A DNA stretch of 15,342 bases from Macrostomum lignano (Eukaryota), in NCBI GenBank assembly GCA_002269645.1, contig NIVC01004331.1:1-15342 (forward strand). Direction: 5' to 3'. Shown here piece after piece: positions 1 to 8,049 of the stretch. The notes under the pieces are model-generated. The model saw only the letters and a program-made list of their open reading frames with translations. It was not told the origin of the DNA and searched no databases. The first letter of the stretch is position 1, and every line of letters starts with the position of its first letter. Position numbers and translations under genes: made by a program.

Positions 1-598
1 GGATGATGTTTGCTGACTGGATGGTTGCTGACTGGATTGTTGCTGACTGGATGGATGGTTGCTGGACGAATGGTTGCTGACTGGATGGTTGCTGACTGGA
101 TGGTTGCTGACTGGATGGTTGCTGAATGGATGGATGGTTGCTGACTGGATGGTTGCTGACTGGATGGTTGCTGACTGGACGTATGGTTGTGACTGGATGG
201 TTGCCGACTGGATGGTCGCTGACTGGACGGATGATTGCTGACTGGACGGATGGTTGCTGACTGGACGGATGGTTGCTGACTGGATGACTGCTGACTGGAT
301 GGTTGTGACTGGATGGTTGCTGACTGGATGATTGCTGACTGGATTGTTGCTGACTGGATGGACGGTTGCTGACTGGATGGCTGCTGACTGGACGGATGCT
401 GACTGGATGGTTGCTGACTGGATGGTTGCTGACTGGATGGATGCTGACTGGACGAATGGTTGCTGACTGGATGGATGTTTGCTGACTGGATGGTTGCTGA
501 CTGGATGGTTGCTGACTGGATTGTTGCTGACTGACGGCTGCTGACTGGACGGATGCTGACTGGATGGATAGTTGCTGACTAAATAGTTGCCGACTTTA
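1..598. repeat. 15-bp minisatellite, consensus GGTTGCTGACTGGAT, roughly 35-40 units, with recurrent 4-nt GGAT/GGAC insertions; truncated by the window edge
   Basis: Direct reading. Units degenerate toward 560-598 (gttgctgactaaata, gttgccgacttta), about 10 bp from the helicase stop at 609-611. Confidence 0.97.
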
Positions 599-608
599 GA
601 ATAGCAAG

Positions 609-1013
609 TTAGCGGCTATCAGAATTCGCGGATGAGCACATTCTCAGCAAACGCTTTTGCTCATGCAACTGCGTCTGCACTTTTTGTGCAGAAAAAAGGC
701 TCACGAAATTGTTGTAATCGCAACTTGATACTCGCAAATCTGCAAATGCACGAACTCTACTCACCGCAGTATAAAATAATCCAGCTGGAATAGCTTTCCT
801 GGCGCCTCCTTTGCTAAACGCCACGTACGCTTTTGGAATTGTAAGTCCTTGGCTCTTGTGAATCGTACTAGCCCAAGCCAATCGTAGTGGAAATTGTTGA
901 CGCGACAATTGGGCTCCTCCTTTAAACTTTTCATTCGTTACTGACAGAATTGGCACTACACGAATTGCACGATTATCTTGTACAATTGCCCCATTGCTGG
1001 GCCAGAATAATTG
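609..1013 (-). CDS. PIF1 helicase C-terminal segment (frame open from 1013 to stop at 609-611)
   Basis: Motifs RQQFPLRLAWASTIHKSQGLTI and LFYTAVSRVR. The frame is open upstream of the ORF-track start: AIVQDNRAIRVVPIL. Confidence 0.95.
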   Translation of the reverse strand, partial: QLFWPSNGAIVQDNRAIRVVPILSVTNEKFKGGAQLSRQQFPLRLAWASTIHKSQGLTIPKAYVAFSKGGARKAIPAGLFYTAVSRVRAFADLRVSSCDYNNFVSLFSAQKVQTQLHEQKRLLRMCSSANSDSR

Positions 1014-4000
1014 TCAAATTCAACCCAAATACAATCTGGCCAATCCTTTGGTGATTGCCTTCCAGGAGCGTAGCAAATTCCTCGTACAGTTCCAACTGAT
1101 CCATTCACAAGTCCATTGCGTACTGACAGATTTCTAGTTAGCATTACTCGAGCACCAATACACAAATAGAGTCGCTTCTCCAGATTCGTATCCGATTTTT
1201 TATGTTCCTTCTTTTTGCCACACAATTTTGCTTCGTCTCCTTTACAAATTGCGTTAATTTGCCGCACAGGATTCAATTCGGAAACCATCTTTCCCAATAG
1301 CATGTAGTTGCGATTTCTCACATCCTCGTTAGTGTGATATAAAAATGTACACCCGCTTTGGAAACCTTCAGGCAAAAGGTCGGGAGCATAGACGCGACAA
1401 TTGTTCATCAACGAATTCCAGCAGGCTTCGTCGGCCTTGCCTTCGCGAAGTTTATCCAACAACTGGGCGAATTCCGTATCGTTTGCTTGTCGGACTTGTT
1501 CTGTCAGATGCACAACCTTTTTGAACTCCATGTACAATTTATAGCCTTCAGATTTCAATATATCGTGCTTCTTTTGATTTGGATTGTAAACGTACAGTTG
1601 CGTGTCCAAAACTGGAGGCAATTGAAACACGTCGCCAATTAGGATTACAGATCGACCACCAAAACTCTGTTTACTGTGTTCTGGAAACAATTCGCGCAAA
1701 CGAGCATCCACCTTACGGAGTAACCTTTGGCCAAGCATGCTAAATTCGTCAATAAAAATGTAGCGCACATCTTTCCACTGCTCTTGCATCTCCATTAGGG
1801 ATTTCTTGCCAACACCAGCACTAAAATTTACATTCAATTTCAAAGCCGAGTGCAAAGTTTCGCCTGCAATATTGAAAGCGGCTACGCCTGTTGATGCCAT
1901 AATTCTGCATCTTGATTCTCCAATCAACCGACGCAATGTAGAAATCAAGTAGCTTTTTCCAGTTCCAGCGCTACCATACAAAATTGCTTTGAGAGGCTCC
2001 GGCTTTTCGCCTTGGTTTTCTTCGGCTAGTCTTGAAAGCTGCAAATGACTTTCAATTAGGTTGTACATTTCTCGCTGCCGAACATTAAGCGATTCAACAC
2101 TGTTTATCGCATGTCAGCGACCTCTCTTGCGCCAAGTTTTAGGTCGCTACTTAAAAACGCCTTTGCTTCTCCAACCGTTGGAAACTGGCCGCCACTAGCT
2201 GCGCTCCAGTCAAAATTTTCTGGCGGCTTTGGCAATTGATCTTCTGGACAGGCCAATAGATTTCTCTCGCGATGAAGTGCCCCCACTGCAACCATCCAAT
2301 CTTCTTGCTCTTCGTGCTCATAAGTTGGCTGAGCAGCAGATTGCGCATTTGCGTTGGTCATTTCGGGTAGCTCCGCAACTGCTTCGACTTCTTCGTCAGC
2401 TTCGTCGTTGCGCAAATCGTCCAAATTGGGCAGCTGCAGCTCGCATCGATTCTCAGCAGGCATGGCTTCGTACGCTTGCTGCCAGCTTGTGTGCAAACCT
2501 TTGGCTTCTCGCTCATTTCGCCAACAACTGTACAACAAAACCTGCTGCCGATAATAGCCTTCGCGTCTTTCGTCTGATTGCTCATTCGGTCGAAAAAATG
2601 GACTGATTAGCAAAACTACTTGTTTCGGCCTTTTTGTGCACCTCCCATTAGGGCTGAGACAGTAGTCGGAAAAGAAACGAAACATTGTTACATTTTCCAA
2701 ATTCTTTGCACGCTTTGAATACTTGTCGCAACTATTCCTGCAAACACCCTTTTCCTCCACTGCGCGGGTTTCGCCAGTCTGAACAAAAACAAATTCTCGC
2801 GAACCCTTGTACATTGACGTCTGCAATAGCAAATGCATTGCCTCTTGCGCCGAATAATCACGCGCTCCAACTTGCGCCATCAAGTGTTGTTGTACAACAC
2901 GCCTTGCAGTGTTGCTACGCTGAAAATTGTTATCGGCATTCTGTTCTGCATTATCTTCCAACTCCTTATGAAGACGCTTTGTCAGCTCCGCCATATAATC
3001 CGACTCCTTTTCGCTTTTTGTCGCATACTTGATCAAATAGCGAATCAAATTCTTCACGGACGAAATCATTTGAACATCGACATTGGCTCTCCACATGCAC
3101 AGCAACTGCGGACTGTGAGAAATCATTCGCTCGTCGTTGCGCTGCGTCTCAACTTGCCAATTTAAACGGGATACTCGCTTTGCAACAGTCTTTTCCTGCG
3201 GCTCGCGCGGATACTTGAATCGGCACTCTTGTTTGCCTTTTACTGTTCGCAAGCACTTTTTACTGCAAATAGTGTGCCTCTCTGTCAAATGCGAAATTAA
3301 CTGCAAATCTTGCTTGTCATTTTCAATCTCTTCCGGTTTCAGTTGAGCTGGATGACCTTGACCTGCTAAACTGCCATTCAAAACTTGATTTCCATAATCC
3401 GATTCGTCCATGGCCAAATTCCAACTACAGATGTACTTGTCAACAAAGCTCGTCAATTCTTCTGCATTCAATGTATTCGATGTCACATCAACACCATCTG
3501 GCATCCAAATGCAACCGTGAACGTGTGGACTTCCGCGACTCTGATATTCTATGCGAAACCAATAATCGTTTACTTTCCAGTGCTCGACCAAAAAACGTTT
3601 CAAACATGTTTCAAATCGCAACCAAAACACAGTGTCTGCCATTCCGGGATCTTTTTGCAACTTTGACAACATTTCTGCTCTTAGTTCTACATTGCTTTCA
3701 TATTGCTCTGCATCGATTCCCCAGGCATGCTGCAACTCTGGCCAATGTACATCTGCTGCCGATAGTGTCACGAAAAAATGAGGAACACCAAGCGTTCGAA
3801 TCATGGCTTCCAATTGCCGTCCTTTACTCTGCCAATAAGCGCTTGTGCCTCGCAAATCTGATGCTCGAACTGACACGCTAGCCAATACTGCCGGGTCATT
3901 TAGTGCTTCAATCATTTCCTTGGCACTTAATCCAGCATACTTGTTGTCGTGTACAAACACGCGACCAACTTCCAGCGCCCTCCAACGCATCACCATATTT

Positions 4001-7000
4001 TCAATGTAAAATTTAAACCGCAAATCGGTACGAAATCTTGGACACCGGAATTGCATCAAATGCTTTGCATAGTCGCCCAAACTTAGTCCAAAATTACGTG
4101 GCGTACTATAATCTCCTGCTCCATCCGGAAAGAGATGAGGATAAGCCAATGTAAAATATCCTTCATCCTGAAATTCGTTTACCGGCTCGTTGCTTCTTGC
4201 TGGCCATTTCAATTTTTCACTCAAAAATTTGTCTCGTACTGCCGATTCCAATCGACGCAAAGGAGTCTCCAACAGCGAACTAATTGTTTCCTCGAGCTCG
4301 TTCGTCTCGTCCGCATTTTTTTCTACTTGTTGCTGCAATCGCTCAGCTCTGGCTGAGCCGCCTTCTTGCTGTGCCGCCTCGAAATTCACTTCATTGTCAG
4401 ACTGCATTTCGACAATCATACCTTCTACTTGATGAGCATAACCATCTTCAGGCAGATGTAGCAACGCATCATTATTCATTGAAACCTGATACTGTCTAAA
4501 GTACTTGTTGTTTGCCATTAAATAGCGCATCGCATTAGTCACTTTGTCGCGTCGAACTCGCAAATTGTTCATTGTGCCGCTTTGCGCTTCTCCAGGCTGA
4601 ACACGGGCTCTTTCGTCGTACATTAAAACAACTGGCAGAGATCGTCTTGGCAGCTCTCGCAAAACGTGCGACTGATCTTGAGGCAACATGATTCCGTGTC
4701 CTCTCGATTTTGTTTGCTTTTGGGGAAAAATTTGTACCACAACAATAACCGACAAAACTGGCGAAATCAACATTTGCTCTGCTACACTCAAATCTTGCAA
4801 ATCTTCTGGCTGCTCCAACATCGGAATCGCATTGTTTTCTTGGCTAAACGATTTCGGCTCATTGTCATCTCTGAAACAACGATCGCACATGTCTTCAGAA
4901 TCGATGCTAAAATATTTTCCAGGAAACTTTTCCCTACACACGTAGCACTGTTTCAAATGTGATACTTTTGTTATGTTTTCATTGAAAAAGTCTTGCCTCA
5001 TCTTTTTGAACTGGTCTGTGAACGGATTGCGAAGGCACTTTGGCAGATTAGGATCTCCGATTTCATCTTCAACAATTGGAGCATCTTGAGCGCTCTCTTC
5101 TGAAGTGCTGCTCTGCGGAACATTTTCTTTAGCTGGCTGCTGCTCCATTGTAGGCCGCTTTCTGGGTGACGAACGGATCGCTTCATCAGGCTTCTCCTGA
5201 GTAGCACGTGTCTTTCGTGGTGATGAATACGTAGAAGTAGCTGGAATATTATCAGACTGACGTTTATCTTGCTGCTCCTGCTGCAAAGGTGCCGTCTTCC
5301 TAGGCGACGATCGAACGGGTTCGCAGATATGATTTTCTGCGTTTGTCAATCTCTGTTTCCGTGGTAAAGAATTTGCATAGTTGACCACTTGCTGCTGGTT
5401 TTTCAAACGCTCGCTGCGACGAGTAGGAGCACTTGGTACAACGTCGCTCTTCTTTTCTCGACCTCTTCCTTTTTCCAAATGGCAAGAAACGCTTGAAACC
5501 GCCGAAACTGAGTCGCCACAACCGATGCAACTGCAACATGGTGCTCTCCGAGTGCGACTGCTTCTTCTCAATAAGCTCTGACCAGATACACTAGAGGCTG
5601 CAACAGACACAGACTCTAATGTGTTTGCTTTAGCGCTCAGTCGACTACTCCGACGCGTAGCGCAACTTGCCTTCCCAACATCCTTTTTACGCCGACTGCG
5701 CCGCGGAACATTTGATGGCACGGACTCTGACACACGATCACTTTTAACTGACTCTGACACATGCTCAATTTCAACTGACTCTGCGCTATCCTCCGCGTCA
5801 AGATCGACATTCCAATTCCAGACAGAGTTGTTCCGATCCCGAAGCACTTCATATGAATTCGGATGCGCAAACAAACTCGTATTATTTTCCAAGGACTTTG
5901 CTTGATTTCTACAACGTCCCTTCCAATGCCTACTTTGAACTCGGGTCCAGTCTGCAACCTTTTCAAAAGGCGTCATTGGTGGAGCTGGAGGTGGCATCAT
6001 TACAACAGGATCTTCGACAACATGAACATTCTCGTTGAGAGGGGGCATTTCCACATTCTTGGCGCTCAAATCTCCTTGGCCAGTCGGCCGAACTGAGCTT
6101 GCTTCATTAACTTCCAAATCATTGACACGAACGATTTCGTAGTGTTGACTACCAGGATTAAACAACAATCGAATAGTAGCCAAACGTTCTCCAATATTCG
6201 GTCGGGAATAATGGCCAGGCCGCGCTAGATTAAGCATGTTTGACTGATAAATAAACACTTCTAGCCGCAACAGTTCACCAATTAGTTCTGGAACTCCGCA
6301 TGGCACGTACATACGGGGACGCCTTGTATCGTCGCGCACTTTTTCCCAATTCAGTCCTGTTTGCATAATTCTTTCCTGATTATTGACATCGCGATGCACC
6401 CATTGCTCGAATTCTGCAGCAACCGCATCTCGAAAATCTTCTACGCTTAGCGATTGATAGGCGGAAAAACCTGGCAGTTCTTGTAATTGTCTCAATATGG
6501 CCGTGAAAAAACAGTTGCCGTCACCTCGTACATTCTCAACGCGACACGAAGAAAAAGGAACCCATACAGGTTGGACTTGTACAGCAGCAGTTACATGACC
6601 TTCGGCAAAATCCATTGCAGTAGCACCTGTTTCATCTGTAAAAGAATACAACTCTTAAACAGTGAGGTATGATAATTTTAAGGAATTGAGCATTAATTGT
6701 ATTTTGCACAAGTCGTAAACACTAAAATCTAATTTTCAATATTCGCAAGCAAAGTCAGATGTAAGAAAGAAAATTAACTTGTACTATGCATAGAAATTCA
6801 ATAAAAAATAAAACTCTCACCAGCACTCAAGTAGCCTATAAGTTGCTCATTGTAAGCAGCACCAGAATTGGGCACTTCAGCATCACCTTCGACCACGGGG
6901 TATTCCGAAGCAGCCAGAGCGTCGGCCAGAGCAGCATCATGTTCAGCTAGCAGGGCAGCCAGACCAGCCTCGTCCAGCTTAATCACAGACTCAGTTTTAG

Positions 7001-8049
7001 CAGCAGCATCAGCAGAAGCACCAGCTTTAGTCCCAGCAGCGGCAATAGAAGAGGCAGCAGCAGCTTCCGGTTGTACATCTGGCTCTTGAATCTGTTCTTC
7101 GCCAGCAGTTAAATCACCGACAGCAGCAACTTTAATATTATTCTTGGAGCGGCTCCAGTTTTTCTTCTTCGGCCGTCCGCACTTTTTCGCACCTGTTTAA
7201 AGTCACAGTAAAAAAGAAATTTATAAATCTACCTATATATATATATATATATATATGTCTGTCCATCTATTTCGCTCTAGAGCGTGCCATTCTTGATCAA
7301 TTTTGATAGCGTTTTTTCTAAACTATTGCAGATTTTGCACTGATTATACAGTGGTCAAAATTTCTTAAATCTGCTCAAATTCTAAGGGTGTTAAACATTC
7401 GAAAATAGAGTTTCTATAATTATTTTAATGATCTGTCAAACAAGGTCAGATTCCAATTGAATTTATTCCCTTTGTCAAACTATTCAGTCGAAACTACTCA
7501 GTCGAAACTATTGAGTTCACACTATTCAGTCAAAACTACTCAGTCAAGATTATTAAGTCTAAACTATTCAGTTGTAACTATTCAGTTGAAATTATTCTGT
7601 CTGTCAAAACTATTCAGGCGAAACTATTCAATCTAAACTATTGAGTGTGAACTATTGATTTGAGCTGCGTCAGTTAAGAGTTTGAAAAATTCACATTTTT
7701 AGACATCTGAAAAACACTTTTTTACAGAATTACCTGTGAACTATTCAGTGTGAGTTATAGTGTGAACAATTGAGATTTATTGTTTGGTAAATAAATTGTG
7801 TAGTGCAGGAACTTTTTAGTTTGTCTGTTGCCCAAATGGGCAGCCAAGAATGCTAGTAAAAGCTGGTTTCCTAAGGTGTGAATATTAATAATAAAGGTAG
7901 GATTGCTTTGAAACTATTCCTGAAAGTAGCACCTATCACCTGCAAGTTGCAACAAATGTACAAAACTTACTATTGGCAGCAACAGAAGAAGCACTTGTAT
8001 CCTTGTTAATGCTAGTGTTGTCCTTGATGCTGTTTTTGTCGTTGCCCAT
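609..8049 (-). CDS. Spliced Rep/Helicase (RepHel) gene, about 2159 aa after repairing two -1 frame breaks: join complement(7971..8049, 6821..7192, 609..6635); either intact with sequencing errors or a young pseudogene
   Basis: Exon lengths 79+372+6027 = 6478 nt; adding 2 nt gives 6480 = 2160 codons. Both introns are GT-AG with matching phase 1. Domain order AT-hook/OTU/Zn finger/Rep/PIF1 is uninterrupted. Confidence 0.85.
956..2113 (-). CDS. PIF1-family SF1B helicase, N-terminal and core segment
   Basis: SLNVRQREMYNLI Q-motif-like region upstream of the ORF-track ATG; Walker A GSAGTGKS (1952-1975); ASTGVAAFNI-GETLHS; Walker B IDEFS (about 1739-1753); FGG-SVILIGDVFQLPPV; LTEQVRQ; GARVMLTRNL-V-NGLVNGSVG. 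Confidence 0.97.
   Translation of the reverse strand, partial: HAINSVESLNVRQREMYNLIESHLQLSRLAEENQGEKPEPLKAILYGSAGTGKSYLISTLRRLIGESRCRIMASTGVAAFNIAGETLHSALKLNVNFSAGVGKKSLMEMQEQWKDVRYIFIDEFSMLGQRLLRKVDARLRELFPEHSKQSFGGRSVILIGDVFQLPPVLDTQLYVYNPNQKKHDILKSEGYKLYMEFKKVVHLTEQVRQANDTEFAQLLDKLREGKADEACWNSLMNNCRVYAPDLLPEGFQSGCTFLYHTNEDVRNRNYMLLGKMVSELNPVRQINAICKGDEAKLCGKKKEHKKSDTNLEKRLYLCIGARVMLTRNLSVRNGLVNGSVGTVRGICYAPGRQSPKDWPDCIWVEFDNYSGPAMGQLYKIIVQFV
2104..6635 (-). CDS. Exon 3, 5' part: OTU cysteine protease, basic linker, C4 Zn finger and HUH Rep endonuclease
   Basis: OTU: VRGDGNCFF (Cys codon 6511-6513) and SQHY (His 6142-6144). Zn finger CYVC-x16-CDRC (4876-4947). AYPHLFPDG-GD. Rep motif 1 at about 3751-3783, HUH HVH at 3517-3525, tyrosines YLIKY at 3025-3039, RDYSAQEA. 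Confidence 0.96.
6636..6820 (-). other. Intron 2 of the RepHel gene (185 nt, phase 1)
   Basis: Donor GCTG|GTGAGA at 6820; acceptor TATTCTTTTACAG|AT at 6636; AT-rich; joins YLSA-D-ETGATA in frame. Confidence 0.9.
6821..7192 (-). CDS. Exon 2 (372 nt, symmetric phase 1-1): AT-hook KKCGRPKKK followed by an Ala/acidic-rich region
   Basis: Open frame AKKCGRPKKKNWSRSK...YLSA, with an in-frame TAA just upstream of acceptor TTTAAACAG|GT; GC-rich against flanking introns. The ORF track shows only its 3' half. Confidence 0.88.
7234..7256. repeat. (TA)n microsatellite, 23 nt
   Basis: Direct reading; lies at the 5' end of the nested Helitron. Confidence 0.97.
7477..7775 (+). repeat. 14-bp minisatellite, consensus AAACTATTCAGTCR: 13 units at 7477-7660, resuming with 2-3 degenerate units at about 7736-7775
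   Basis: Units aaactattcagtcg, aaactactcagtcg, aaactattgagttc, acactattcagtca and so on; interrupted by a 77-bp non-repeat segment. Confidence 0.92.
7971..8049 (-). CDS. First coding exon, MGNDKNSIKDNTSINKDTSASSVAAN (79 nt, phase 1)
   Basis: ATG at 8049-8047 and a perfect GTAAGT donor whose phase matches exon 2. Upstream TACTAAC (8073-8067) and TAG/CAG acceptors (8057-8055, 8053-8051) imply a further 5' exon. Confidence 0.75.

Larger units (their letters stand above)
7228..7856 (+). mobile_element. Non-autonomous canonical Helitron (HLE1-type), 629 bp, nested antisense in intron 1
   Basis: 5' A|TCTACC(TA)n GTCTGTCC at 7227/7228. 3' hairpin GTTGCCC-AAAT-GGGCAGC (7827-7844), then 8 nt, then CTAG (7853-7856) and host T (7857). 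AT target with no TSD; internal minisatellite. Confidence 0.82.
7193..7970 (-). other. Intron 1 (778 nt; 149 nt without the nested Helitron)
   Basis: Donor AATA|GTAAGT at 7970-7965; pyrimidine tract and CAG at 7195-7193. Confidence 0.8.
1..8049 (-). mobile_element. Autonomous-type rolling-circle transposon of the Helentron/Helitron2 (HLE2) group; minimum extent, termini not established
   Basis: Encodes HUH Rep plus PIF1 helicase. Rep motif 1 is PHFFVTLSAAD (not the FITFTCNP type of canonical Helitrons) and motif 2 is EYQSRGSPHVH. No apurinic endonuclease follows the helicase. The 3' end lies beyond base 1. Confidence 0.88.

Noticed and set aside
59-241. ORF with repeating LTGWL/ADWMV peptides
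   Set aside because: Translation of the minisatellite; frames are broken by 4-nt insertions and there is no coding context.
1-598. CRISPR-like periodicity
   Set aside because: Units are directly adjacent with no unique spacers, there are no cas genes, and the context is eukaryotic with introns.
2145-2160. T-run (GCG TTT TTA) as a programmed -1 frameshift site before the Rep stop
   Set aside because: Not a canonical slippery heptamer, and the -1 frame hits stop codons before the helicase frame opens at 2113.
2287-2301. 13/15 inverted match of the Rep codons for DWMVA to the 15-bp minisatellite unit
   Set aside because: A single short match, within chance expectation once unit rotations and both strands are considered.
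1358-6672. Many plus-strand and alternate-frame ORFs of 60-136 aa overlapping RepHel
   Set aside because: Antisense or off-frame shadows of a long coding region, with no recognisable motifs.
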